From: an uncultured Actinomycetota bacterium
GTDB lineage: Bacteria > Actinomycetota > Actinomycetes > JAHEKZ01
Assembly: GCA_963829525.1 (NCBI GenBank)
Contig: CAWHIJ010000003.1
Coordinates: forward strand, 832,001-896,000
Direction of reading: 5' to 3'
Length of the DNA: 64,000 nt
In this document: in pieces, positions 9,722 through 19,262 of the stretch
How positions within the stretch are numbered: the first letter of the stretch is position 1
Layout: every line of letters starts with the position of its first letter
Notes under the pieces: generated by a model
What the model saw: only the letters and a program-made list of their open reading frames with translations
Told to the model about the DNA's origin: nothing
Database searches by the model: none
Program-made: the position numbers and the translations under genes

Positions 9722-12700
9722 ACGACGTGGCGTGTTGTCCTGCAATAGTGCGGCAACCGCGCTCGCCGGCATGGGGCGCGCCAGCAGATAACCCTGCCCC
9801 AGGGTGTAGCCAAGGTCGATCAGAGCTTGGCGCTGCTCGGGAGTCTCCACTCCCTCGGCAACGATCGATGTGAGCCCAAGGGTCTCGGCGATGCTCTTGA
9901 TGGTTCGGACGAGGTTGCTGCTGCTGACCTCGTCGACAGCTCCGACGCCTAAGGTACACACGAACTCGCGGGCCAGTTTGATGCCATGGACCGGAAGCTG
10001 CTGAAGGTAGCTCAGGGAGGAGTAGCCCGTTCCGAAGTCATCGATGAACAGTCGCACCCCGAGGTCGGCGAGCTCGCGGAGCCGCTCCATGGTCACTCCT
10101 TCTCCCGGGAGCAGCATCGACTCGGTGATCTCCAGGACAAGCGATGACGGGCGATAGCCAGACTCCGAGAGGGCAATGCGCACCTCGTCGACGAGGGTGT
10201 CCTCCTGCACCTGGCGTGCGCTGAGGTTGACGGTCAGGGTCAACGCGTCATAGCCAGGAAGATCACGTTGCCACTGGACGGCCGCAGCCAAGGCCATACG
10301 CAGCACCTGGTGGCCGAGCGGCACGATCAGGCCGCTCTCCTCAGCGAGTCCGATGAACTGATCGGGACCCAGCAGCCCACGCACGGGATGCTGCCAGCGG
10401 ACCAGCGCCTCGACGCCAACAACTGCGTCTGTGGCAAGCTCGAAGATGGGCTGGTAGTGAAGGACCAGTTGGTTCAGGTTGATCGCGTCACGAAGGTCGG
10501 CTGACAGTTGGAGTCGGTCGAGAGCCTGCTCGTGCATCGCTGGGGCAAAGAGCGCGTGTCGGTTCTTCCCGAGGTTCTTTGCTTCGTACAAGGCGAGGTC
10601 GGCGTTACGCATCACCGCCTCGGCGGATATCGACGTGGTGTCTGCGATCGCGATCCCGATGCTCAAGCCGCTGGAGATGATCGACTCACCGATTTCGAAG
10701 GGCTCACGGGCTGAGGCGACGATTCGGTTCGCCACCGTCATCACCTCCTCATCGCTGTCGATGGCCTCGAGCAGGATGGCGAACTCGTCGCCTCCGAGTC
10801 GAGCAACGGTGTCTTCTTCGCGGACTGCTTCGCCGATCCGATGAGTCATCTGACGCAGCATTCCGTCGCCGGCCGCATGACCCAGTGAGTCGTTGACATC
10901 CTTGAAGTCATCGAGGTCGATGAAGAGAACCGCGAAACGTGTCTGGCTGCGCGATGTCCGAGCGATTGCGTGCTCGAGGCGGTCCCGGAAGAGTGCCCGG
11001 TTGGCGAGCCCGGTCAGCGAGTCGTGGAAGGCCTGGTAGGAAAGCTGCTGCTCAAGAGCGCGCCGCTCGGTGACGTCGTGGCAGGTCAGCACGAACCCCG
11101 GCTCGTCATGCTCGATCACTCGGGTGGCGACGACGTCGACGTAGCGATGCGATCCGTCTCCTGCCAGCAGACGGAACTCCGTCTGTGCGGGGCGATCGCT
11201 GGTGGAGGCGTCGATGATGTCGTGTGCCTTCACGCGGTCTGCCGGGAACACGGCGTCGAGCCAACTGGTCCCGAACACGTGGCGCGGCGACACACCCAGC
11301 ATGCGCTCAGCTCCTGGGCTCAGGTAGCGAATGCTGAGGTCGAGATCGAGAACGGCGATGATGTCCGATGAGTGCTGCAGCATCCGGCGAAGCCGTTGCT
11401 CGCTGGCCCGATCGGCGAGCACCCGACCGAGCCCGATGCGAGCGCGGGCCAGTGAGGCCGCCTCAGCGAGCGCGGCAAGCGCTGGGGGAGTCTCTGCCGG
11501 AAGAGCTGGGCTCGCCGCTGCGATGAGGTAGCCGTCTGCCGCCCCCTCGTTGTCGGTGAGGGCACGAGCCGTGATCGCGCACTCTTCGCGCAGCTCGAGG
11601 TCGCGGTGGAGCGGTGATGGGCCATAGACCACCACGAGTTCCGATGAGATGGCCGCGAGTTGCTCGAGGGCGACGTCGCTCAATCCGAATCGACGCCCGG
11701 CAGGCACCGTCTGGGTCACCATGCCGCTGGTCCCGCTGCGTCTTAGCTCGACGACGTAAGAGGTGGCGCCAGGGTGGAGGTCGGCGGCCGCTTTGACGAC
11801 GGTGTCTCGTATTCTGTCCGGATCGGCAGCTGCAGCGAGAGCACCATTGGCATCACGGATGACTCGCTCTCTACGCAGAGTTTCCCGCAGCTGCAGCACG
11901 AGATCGTTGAGACGTAGCAGCACCAGGCCGAACATGAACAGGGCGCCGACGACGATGACCAGGTCCTGAGTTGATGCGCCGATCGTTGCCTGGCCGAAGA
12001 GCAGCAGCAACGGAAGGACGGACATCAGGGCTAGGAGCACGACGAAACGCCAGCGGCTGATCGCTCGCTCGGGAGGGGTGGCGATGACCGGTGCAGACAC
12101 CGAAGGATGAAGAGCTGCCGCGCCGAGCCCCACGTAGAAAAGGAACCATCCCAAATCCCAGGCTGTCCCGTCACTCCACGCGCCGGAGAGGGTCAGGTAG
12201 GCGTACGCGGTGTCGGCTACCAAGACCCCGACCAGCGTCACGACCAGGAAGCGCATCGAGATGTTGCGGCCGGAGTCGAGGGAAAACCAAAGCCGGGTCG
12301 CTGCACCCAAGAGAAGAATGTCCATGAAGGGGTATGCAGCGGTGACCAGGGATGTCGCCACGTCTAGATTGGCGTCGGCCAGGCTCGGCTCGATGATGAA
12401 GATCCACGACGTCAGCGCTGCAGCCGTCGTGACGATCAGGGAGTCGAGCAGGGCGGCTCTGTCACGCCCAGGGGAGCGGCGTCGGACCAGCAGGATGATC
12501 CCGGCAAACAAGAACAGGTAGGAGGCGAGGTAGAAGTAGTCGAGTATGGAGGGGTAGGGAATGTCCCGAGCTCGAAGACCGACGAGCTCGGGAAACTCCC
12601 AGAATGTGTCGGCGATTCCGGTGAGTGCGACGCCCACCGTGAGGAGCACCCAGGCGGGCTTCGCGGGTGGGCGCTGGCTCACGATTCCGAACAGCATGGC

Positions 12701-12859
12701 AACGACGGTGATTATCGCCACAGCCGTCCAGACCAGGCCCTGGCTGTTGCCGGGCTGCCATGGCCACGATGTGACCAACGGGATTGAGTAGTAGAGGCTG
12801 ACCAGCGCAGCGCACAGCAGAACATAGGCCCACCAGCTGCTGCGGCGTGCCCAACCCAC
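9701..12859 (-). CDS. Membrane-bound PAS-GGDEF-EAL diguanylate cyclase/phosphodiesterase
   Basis: Polytopic N-terminus, GAF-like segment, PAS, HDSLTGLANR, RxxD I-site (REED) five residues before an intact GGDEF, EALVRW and DDFGTGYSSL. Confidence 0.93.
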   Translation of the reverse strand: MGWARRSSWWAYVLLCAALVSLYYSIPLVTSWPWQPGNSQGLVWTAVAIITVVAMLFGIVSQRPPAKPAWVLLTVGVALTGIADTFWEFPELVGLRARDIPYPSILDYFYLASYLFLFAGIILLVRRRSPGRDRAALLDSLIVTTAAALTSWIFIIEPSLADANLDVATSLVTAAYPFMDILLLGAATRLWFSLDSGRNISMRFLVVTLVGVLVADTAYAYLTLSGAWSDGTAWDLGWFLFYVGLGAAALHPSVSAPVIATPPERAISRWRFVVLLALMSVLPLLLLFGQATIGASTQDLVIVVGALFMFGLVLLRLNDLVLQLRETLRRERVIRDANGALAAAADPDRIRDTVVKAAADLHPGATSYVVELRRSGTSGMVTQTVPAGRRFGLSDVALEQLAAISSELVVVYGPSPLHRDLELREECAITARALTDNEGAADGYLIAAASPALPAETPPALAALAEAASLARARIGLGRVLADRASEQRLRRMLQHSSDIIAVLDLDLSIRYLSPGAERMLGVSPRHVFGTSWLDAVFPADRVKAHDIIDASTSDRPAQTEFRLLAGDGSHRYVDVVATRVIEHDEPGFVLTCHDVTERRALEQQLSYQAFHDSLTGLANRALFRDRLEHAIARTSRSQTRFAVLFIDLDDFKDVNDSLGHAAGDGMLRQMTHRIGEAVREEDTVARLGGDEFAILLEAIDSDEEVMTVANRIVASAREPFEIGESIISSGLSIGIAIADTTSISAEAVMRNADLALYEAKNLGKNRHALFAPAMHEQALDRLQLSADLRDAINLNQLVLHYQPIFELATDAVVGVEALVRWQHPVRGLLGPDQFIGLAEESGLIVPLGHQVLRMALAAAVQWQRDLPGYDALTLTVNLSARQVQEDTLVDEVRIALSESGYRPSSLVLEITESMLLPGEGVTMERLRELADLGVRLFIDDFGTGYSSLSYLQQLPVHGIKLAREFVCTLGVGAVDEVSSSNLVRTIKSIAETLGLTSIVAEGVETPEQRQALIDLGYTLGQGYLLARPMPASAVAALLQDNTPRRLADIPI

Positions 12860-12929
12860 GGAAACCCCTCTTTCCGGTGTTTGCGCTCAGGGCGCAGTCG
12901 ACCTCCGGCGCCACTGCGCCCAGGATATC

Positions 12930-12956
12930 CATCGGCCCATAACGAGGCAGGGTAAA
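12930..12956 (-). promoter_or_regulatory. Possible sigma28/WhiG-type promoter of the GGDEF-EAL gene
   Basis: Minus strand TTTA-N16-GCCGATG; the -10 element matches the one upstream of cheW. Confidence 0.35.
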
Positions 12957-13028
12957 CCCCTGGCCCCGTGGTATCACGCCTGCTCGTTCCCCTCGCCGTG
13001 ACGGTATGACGGGCCCCAGAATGACCTG

Positions 13029-15038
13029 GTGACCAACCTCCTCGCCGGATCGGCCAGCCTGTACCTGCTTCAGCACGCCGAGAACCCGGTCCATTGGCAA
13101 CCCTGGGGGCCGGATGCGTTTGCGGAGGCTCTGCAACGTAACGTCCCTGTTCTGCTGTCCGTCGGGTACTCGGCTTGTCACTGGTGCCATGTCATGGCTC
13201 ACGAGTCGTTCGAGGACTCGGACATCGCCGCTCTCATGAACGAGCGCTTCGTCTCGGTAAAGGTCGATCGCGAGGAAAGACCGGACGTCGATGCGGTCTA
13301 CATGGACGCTGTCACCGCCATGACCGGGCACGGTGGCTGGCCCATGACCGTGTTTCTCACCCCAGAAGGTGAGCCCTTCTACGCTGGCACGTACTTCCCC
13401 CCGCGTCGTCGCGGTGACATGCCGGGATTTTCTGACGTGCTCATGGCGGTGTCGAGCACCTGGCGCGAACGAGCTGATGACGTACGCCATCAGGCCGCAG
13501 ACGTCCTCAGCCGAATCGAACAAATGCGGGTGCCGCCAGGAGACGGAACCGGTCAATCGCCGACGTCTGCAGACTGCGCTCAAGCACTGGCCACCCTCAC
13601 CAAGCAGTACGACTACGCCCGAGGTGGCTTTGGTGGCGCGCCTAAGTTCCCGCCGAGCATGGTGCTTGAGTTCTTGACCAGACATCACGCGCGCACAGGG
13701 TCGTCGGACGCTCTCCTCATGGCGGAGGGCACGCTAAGGGCGATGGCCTCCGGGGGGATCTACGACCAGCTGGCTGGCGGCTTCGCGCGGTACAGCGTCG
13801 ACTCTGCCTGGGTGGTGCCGCACTTTGAGAAGATGCTCTACGACAACGCGCTGCTCGCTCGGGCCGCTCTTCACATCGGCCAGGTTTCTGGGCGTGAGCT
13901 GGGAGCGCGTATCGCGGACGAGACCGCCGACTTTCTGCTCGCCGACCTCGCCACTTCTGAAGGTGGATTCGCTTCGGCTCTTGACGCCGATACCGAGGGC
14001 GTCGAGGGTCGCTACTACGCCTGGACCCCGAGTGAGCTGGTCGAGGTGCTCGGCGAGGAAGAAGGTAGGTGGGCGGCCGACCTGCTCGTCGTGACCACCG
14101 ACGGGACGTTTGAGAACGGCACCTCAACGTTGCAGCTGCCTGTCGCTCCGGACGACGAGGAGCGATGGAGCCACGTTCGCACACAGCTGCTAATGGCCAG
14201 GACCGCCAGGACTTCACCGGCGCGAGACGACAAGGTCGTCACCTCATGGAACGGGCTGGCGGTAGCGGCACTCGCTGAGATCGGAGCCGTGCATGACCGC
14301 CCCGAGCTCGTGGCGGCTGCCGCTCGCTGCGCCGAGCTCGTCTGGGGCCGGCACTGGACCGGCGATCGGCTCCTTCGGATGTCACGAGATGGGGTTCCGG
14401 GCGCAGCTCATGGGGTCCTGGAGGACTATGCGGCCACGGTCGAGGGCTGGCTCACGCTCTACCAGGCCGGTGGCGATGCGCGTTGGTACGACCGGGCGCT
14501 GATCGTGCTGGATGCTGCTCTCGCCGGCTTTGCCGATGGCTCGGGTGCGTACTTCGACACGGCCGTAGATGCAGAGCAGCTGGTCCGACGACCGCAGGAG
14601 TGGACCGACAACGCGACACCTTGCGGCCAGTCCGCGCTGGCGAGCGCATTGATCATGGCATCGGCCCTGGGCGGTGACCCCGTTCACCGCGATGCGGCGG
14701 AGCGACTTCTCGCAGCCGCGGCTCACCTCACTGGACGAGCGCCGCGGTTTGCCGGGTGGTGGTTGGCCGTGGCCGAAGCGTGGGTGGACGGACCTCAGGA
14801 GGTTGCGGTGGTCGGACAGCCAGGCGCCACCCGTGATGCGCTGGCGGCGGCTGCCTGGTCGTGGCCGGCGCCCGGCCGGGTGGTGGCGGTTGCCGCTCCA
14901 GGTGAGGTCGGGGTGGGGCTGCTCCGAGGACGCTCCACCCGGACGCCGCAGGCGTGGGTCTGTCGCGGGTTTCGCTGCGAACTTCCCACCGATGACGCCG
15001 AGCAGGTCGCGCAACTGCTGCGGAGTGCGCCAGAGTGA
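13029..15038 (+). CDS. Thioredoxin-domain/six-hairpin glycosidase-like protein (YyaL/DUF255/SPATA20 family)
   Basis: [45 protein letters not shown] and [10 protein letters not shown]. Confidence 0.92.
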   Translation: MTNLLAGSASLYLLQHAENPVHWQPWGPDAFAEALQRNVPVLLSVGYSACHWCHVMAHESFEDSDIAALMNERFVSVKVDREERPDVDAVYMDAVTAMTGHGGWPMTVFLTPEGEPFYAGTYFPPRRRGDMPGFSDVLMAVSSTWRERADDVRHQAADVLSRIEQMRVPPGDGTGQSPTSADCAQALATLTKQYDYARGGFGGAPKFPPSMVLEFLTRHHARTGSSDALLMAEGTLRAMASGGIYDQLAGGFARYSVDSAWVVPHFEKMLYDNALLARAALHIGQVSGRELGARIADETADFLLADLATSEGGFASALDADTEGVEGRYYAWTPSELVEVLGEEEGRWAADLLVVTTDGTFENGTSTLQLPVAPDDEERWSHVRTQLLMARTARTSPARDDKVVTSWNGLAVAALAEIGAVHDRPELVAAAARCAELVWGRHWTGDRLLRMSRDGVPGAAHGVLEDYAATVEGWLTLYQAGGDARWYDRALIVLDAALAGFADGSGAYFDTAVDAEQLVRRPQEWTDNATPCGQSALASALIMASALGGDPVHRDAAERLLAAAAHLTGRAPRFAGWWLAVAEAWVDGPQEVAVVGQPGATRDALAAAAWSWPAPGRVVAVAAPGEVGVGLLRGRSTRTPQAWVCRGFRCELPTDDAEQVAQLLRSAPE

Positions 15039-15042
15039 GGGC

Positions 15043-15523
15043 ATGACTGACGCGACCCCTCACGTGGATCCGTCGACCTGCAGCGATGCAGTCGTCGTGG
15101 GATACGACGGTTCTCATGACGCCGCCCGGGCAGTTCGCTGGGCTCACGCAGACGCCGATCGCCGGCGCGTCCGACTGCGTCGTGCTCCGAGCCTGGTCGC
15201 TCAAGACTGCGCCACGGCTGAAGGAAGTCGACCTCAACTACGTCCCGAGCGAGGACGAGTTCGCAGCGGCGGTTCGCGACTCGCTCACCGCCGATCTTGT
15301 CGGCGTTCTGGGGGCAGAGGCGACTGCTGAGGCGGTCCCGTTGGCTGTCCACCGTCCTGCCGAGGAGGCGCTGGTCGAGGCATCCCGGTATGCAGCTGTC
15401 ACCGTCGTGGGCGCGCGAGGAACTGGCCTGGCCCGCCTGCTTGGCTCGGTCTCGGCGTCAGTAGTCCGGAACGCTCAGGGGCCGGTGGTGGTAATCCCGC
15501 AGGATGGTGAGCGAGGCCGATGA
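15043..15523 (+). CDS. Universal stress protein; frameshift near 15175
   Basis: VVVGYDGSHDAARAVRWA in one frame, then VVGARG..LLGSVSASVVRNAQGPVVVIP in another. Confidence 0.8.
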
Positions 15524-15545
15524 TGCCTCCAAACGGCGAAAGGGG

Positions 15546-15573
15546 TTGCAGTAAGAAAGTAATCAAGTAATCT
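15546..15573 (+). promoter_or_regulatory. SigA-like promoter overlapped by three 8-bp tandem repeats (putative operator)
   Basis: TTGCAG-N16-TAATCT, 6 nt before the ATG. Repeats AGTAAGAA AGTAATCA AGTAATCT at 15550-15573. Confidence 0.55.
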
Positions 15574-15579
15574 GATTCC

Positions 15580-16116
15580 ATGAAAAGAAACCATCAACGA
15601 CCCGCCCCCCGCCCTCTTGACCTCGCCGCCCTTCGTGGCTGGCTTACCGGCCGTCTCCCTGAGGCATGGTTCACCGCAGCGCCAGATGTTGTCGTCGACC
15701 GGGACGAGATCATGATCATCGGCACCTTGAACGATCCCGCCGTCGATGACGGCACCGATCTAGCGGCGGCCCGTCGCGGACGCGCCAGCGCCTTTCGCGA
15801 GCAGACCAGGGACGAGCGCATCACGATCGCCCAGGAACTTGAAGCTGAAACCGGACGCGCGGTGGCATGGGGTGTCGCCATCGGCGAGGAGCGGGTGCTC
15901 TTCACCCACCAGGCCGTGCCAGTGATGACGCGGCTCCGTCAGCCGGAGCGCCAGGTTCTCGACACCTTGGTCGCCGGCGGCGTGGCACGCTCGCGCGCCG
16001 ACGCCCTGGCCTGGTGTGTCCGACTCGTCGGCCAGCACACCGAGGACTGGCTCTCTGAGCTGACCTCGGCGCTAGCTGCTGTCGAGGAGGTCAAGGCTGC
16101 TGGTCCGTCAGTGTGA
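15580..16116 (+). CDS. Conserved actinobacterial hypothetical protein with possible C-terminal ribbon-helix-helix-like segment
   Basis: GRLPEAWF..VDRDEI, FREQTRDERI and PVMTRLRQPERQVLDTLVAGGVARSRADALAWCV. Confidence 0.7.
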   Translation: MKRNHQRPAPRPLDLAALRGWLTGRLPEAWFTAAPDVVVDRDEIMIIGTLNDPAVDDGTDLAAARRGRASAFREQTRDERITIAQELEAETGRAVAWGVAIGEERVLFTHQAVPVMTRLRQPERQVLDTLVAGGVARSRADALAWCVRLVGQHTEDWLSELTSALAAVEEVKAAGPSV

Positions 16117-16190
16117 CGACCTGACCGGGGCAACCGGTGAACTGCTCGTGAGGGATACAGTCGGGCGGGATCACTGGAAGGGGGTGCCAC

Positions 16191-16952
16191 GTGGGGCTTC
16201 GGGACCTCGCCTACACGCTCTACGAGCGGAGGCTGCTGGCATCCCTCGACCCCGCGCAGGCGCCGCACCATGTTGGCGTCATCCTCGACGGCAACCGAAG
16301 GTGGGCAAAGGCTTCGGGCACTTCCGCTAGCTCCGGTCACCGTGCCGGTGCCGACAAGATCGCGCGCCTCCTGGAGTGGTGCGATGAGGCTGGTGTCGAG
16401 CTCGTCACGTTGTGGCTCCTGTCCACCGACAATCTGGCGAGGCCCGAACCGGAGCTGGCTCCGCTGCTGGCGATCATCGAAGAGGTCGTCACCGAGCTGG
16501 CAGCCGGTGGGCGGTGGCGGATCCATCCGGTCGGTGCCCTCGACCTGCTTCCGCAGCACACCGCAGAGATGCTGAAGTCGGCGGCAGCCGCGACCCGTGA
16601 CGTCGAGGGCCTGATGGTCAATGTGGCCGTTGGTTACGGGGGGCGGCAGGAGATAGCTGACGCCGTACGGTCGCTGCTGGTTGAGCACGCGGATGCAGGT
16701 ACGCCCATGGAAGACCTCGCACGCGACCTGGCCGCTGACGACATCCAAGAGCACCTTTACACCAAGGGACAGCCTGACCCCGACCTGGTGATCCGTACCT
16801 CGGGCGAACAGCGGCTCTCTGGCTTCATGCTGTGGCAGAGCGCGCACAGCGAGTACTACTTCTGTGAGGCCTTTTGGCCCGACTTCCGCAGGGTCGACTT
16901 TCTGCGCGCTTTGCGCTCGTACGGGCAGCGTCACCGCCGCTACGGCAACTGA
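16191..16952 (+). CDS. uppS: cis-isoprenyl diphosphate synthase (short-chain, Rv1086-like)
   Basis: HVGVILDGNRRWA, LSTDNL, YGGRQEI and DPDLVIRTSGEQRLSGFMLWQ. Confidence 0.9.
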   Translation: MGLRDLAYTLYERRLLASLDPAQAPHHVGVILDGNRRWAKASGTSASSGHRAGADKIARLLEWCDEAGVELVTLWLLSTDNLARPEPELAPLLAIIEEVVTELAAGGRWRIHPVGALDLLPQHTAEMLKSAAAATRDVEGLMVNVAVGYGGRQEIADAVRSLLVEHADAGTPMEDLARDLAADDIQEHLYTKGQPDPDLVIRTSGEQRLSGFMLWQSAHSEYYFCEAFWPDFRRVDFLRALRSYGQRHRRYGN

Positions 16953-16957
16953 CCTAG

Positions 16958-16988
16958 GTCATCCGCTCGTACTCGACGAGCGGATGAC
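16958..16988 (+). terminator. Perfect 13-bp hairpin after the isoprenyl transferase gene (terminator-like, no U tract)
   Basis: GTCATCCGCTCGT-actcg-ACGAGCGGATGAC. Confidence 0.6.
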
Positions 16989-17112
16989 GCGGAGTGACGT
17001 ACCTGCCGCCGGAGTTAGTGCGGCCCGGCGTGGCGGCGTTGGGTTCGGCGAACCGCGTCGTAGCGTCGACCGGGGCGGGCGCTCGACCAGCCCACACGGG
17101 AGGCCTTGAACT

Positions 17113-18405
17113 GTGGAGCGTCGGACCTTCGTACTTGACACCTCCGTGCTGTTGTCCGACCCGGCCGCGTGGATGCGGTTCGACGAGCACGAAGTCGTGC
17201 TTCCGGTGGTCGTGATCACCGAGCTCGAAGCCAAACGCTCCCACCCTGAGCTGGGCTACTTCGCACGAACGGCGCTGCGGATGCTCGACGACCTACGGGT
17301 GGCGAACGGGCGTCTTGACGAGCCGCTGCCCGTCGGTGACCGTGGCGGGGTGGTACGGGTCGAGCTGAACCACACCGACCCAGCGGTGCTTCCGCCAGGC
17401 TTCCGGCTGGGCAACAACGACACCCGCATTCTGGCGGTGGCGCGCAACCTGGCGGCTGAAGGCCGGCACGTGACGTTGGTATCGAAAGACCTCCCGATGC
17501 GGGTCAAGGCCTCTGCGGTCGGCCTGGAGGCCGAGGAGTATCTCGCCGAGTGGGCGGTGGAGTCTGGGTGGACCGGCATGACCGAGGTCGAGGTCGACAG
17601 CGACCTATTGGACCGGCTTTACCACGAGGATCGGATCGACCTCGATGTCGCCCGCGACCTCCCCTGCCACACCGGGCTCGTCATGCTCTCAGACCGGGGC
17701 TCGGGTCTGGGCCGGGTGACCCCGGAGAAGCAGGTCCGCCTGGTCCGCGGTGACCGCGAGGCTTTCGGGCTTCACGGCAGAAGCGCCGAGCAACGCATCG
17801 CACTCGATGTCCTTCTCGACCCCGACGTCGGCATCGTGTCGTTGGGGGGACGGGCGGGAACGGGCAAGTCGGCCTTGGCTCTGTGCGCTGGCCTCGAGGC
17901 GGTTCTTGAACGTGGTCACCACCGCAGAGTGGTCGTGTTCCGACCGCTCTACGCCGTCGGCGGCCAGGAGCTCGGCTACCTTCCGGGTACCGAGAACGAG
18001 AAGATGAACCCCTGGGGTCAGGCGGTCTTCGACACGCTCTCGGCTATCACCACGACCGAGGTCGTTGAGGAGATCGTGGACAGGGGCATGCTCGAGGTGC
18101 TGCCGCTGACACACATTCGAGGACGCTCGCTGCACGATGCGTTTGTGATCGTGGACGAGGCGCAGTCCTTGGAGCGCAACGTGTTGCTGACCGTGCTGTC
18201 AAGGATCGGTCAGGGGTCGCGCGTCGTCCTCACTCACGACGTCGCCCAGCGCGACAACCTGCGGGTCGGGCGCCACGACGGCATCGTTGCCGTCGTCGAG
18301 AAACTCAAAGGGCACCCGCTGTTCGCACATGTCACATTGACGCGCTCGGAGCGGTCACCGATTGCCGCCCTTGTCACCGAGATGCTTGAGGATGTCAGCC
18401 TGTAG
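17113..18405 (+). CDS. phoH2: PIN-PhoH (PhoH2-type) RNA helicase/RNase
   Basis: N-terminal PIN domain ([18 protein letters not shown]), Walker [16 protein letters not shown] and IVDEAQ. Confidence 0.9.
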   Translation: MERRTFVLDTSVLLSDPAAWMRFDEHEVVLPVVVITELEAKRSHPELGYFARTALRMLDDLRVANGRLDEPLPVGDRGGVVRVELNHTDPAVLPPGFRLGNNDTRILAVARNLAAEGRHVTLVSKDLPMRVKASAVGLEAEEYLAEWAVESGWTGMTEVEVDSDLLDRLYHEDRIDLDVARDLPCHTGLVMLSDRGSGLGRVTPEKQVRLVRGDREAFGLHGRSAEQRIALDVLLDPDVGIVSLGGRAGTGKSALALCAGLEAVLERGHHRRVVVFRPLYAVGGQELGYLPGTENEKMNPWGQAVFDTLSAITTTEVVEEIVDRGMLEVLPLTHIRGRSLHDAFVIVDEAQSLERNVLLTVLSRIGQGSRVVLTHDVAQRDNLRVGRHDGIVAVVEKLKGHPLFAHVTLTRSERSPIAALVTEMLEDVSL

Positions 18406-18419
18406 CCCCGTGTAACGAC

Positions 18420-18471
18420 CACAACGTGTTAGCTGACCGGGCCTATAGGACCAGCGGGCTTACACGTTGTG
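18420..18471. repeat. Orphan copy C of the 40-bp palindromic element (inverted), with an extended outer stem
   Basis: CACAACGTGT...ACACGTTGTG is a perfect 10-bp stem. The reverse complement of the core is 28/40 identical to copy B. Confidence 0.65.
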
Positions 18472-18490
18472 TGTCTCGTAGGGTGGTGGG

Positions 18491-19258
18491 GTGGCGTACC
18501 AGGACTATCTGACCTACCTCGGCCACGCCACGGTCCTCATCGAGGTCGATGGTGTGCGGGTGATGACCGACCCGGTGCTGCGTCCTGGGGCGGCGATGTT
18601 GCACCGAATGCCGAGGGCCGCTGACCTTCGGGAGTACACCGAAGTCGACCTCGTCGTCATCTCCCACCTGCACCACGACCACCTTGACTTCCCGTCGTTG
18701 CGCTTGCTTCGGGATGACCCGCTCATCGTCGTTCCGTACGGAGCCGAGCGATGGATGCGGAGCAAGGGGTTCCACAACGTCACCGAGATGGCCCCCGGTG
18801 ACGTCCTTAGCTTCAACGGTGTCACTGTGCGCGCCACTATCGCTGTGCATTCCGGTAAGCGTGAGCCGCGAGGGCCAGTCGCTCTGGCCATCGGCTACGT
18901 GATCGAAGCGGGCGAGGCCACCGTCTACTTCGCCGGCGACACCGACATCTTTCCCGGCATGGCCGAGCTCGTTCCAGGAGAGCTCGACGTGGCCATGATC
19001 CCAGTCTGGGGCTGGGGTCTGGTGCTGGGCGACGGGCATCTGAACCCGAAGACCGCAGCGGACGCCGTCGCGCTGCTGCGCCCGCGCTATGCAGTGCCGA
19101 TCCACTGGGGGACGCTCGCCGTCGCTGGGTTGCATCGGCTCAAGTTCGCTCGGATGGAAAGCCCGCCCCACGAGTTCGCCGATGCGGTGGCCAAGCTAGG
19201 TCTGGACACCGAGATTCTCATCACCCACCCCGGTGAGCGGGTGGCCTTCGAGCCGTGA
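18491..19258 (+). CDS. Metallo-beta-lactamase-fold hydrolase
   Basis: YLGHAT, TDPV, SHLHHDH, YFAGDT and PIHWGT. Confidence 0.9.
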   Translation: MAYQDYLTYLGHATVLIEVDGVRVMTDPVLRPGAAMLHRMPRAADLREYTEVDLVVISHLHHDHLDFPSLRLLRDDPLIVVPYGAERWMRSKGFHNVTEMAPGDVLSFNGVTVRATIAVHSGKREPRGPVALAIGYVIEAGEATVYFAGDTDIFPGMAELVPGELDVAMIPVWGWGLVLGDGHLNPKTAADAVALLRPRYAVPIHWGTLAVAGLHRLKFARMESPPHEFADAVAKLGLDTEILITHPGERVAFEP

Positions 19259-19262
19259 GGAG

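Noticed and set aside
16989-17112. GC-rich leader upstream of phoH2 as an ncRNA or riboswitch
   Set aside because: Only short hairpins and no recognisable conserved RNA motif; cannot be supported without an Rfam search.
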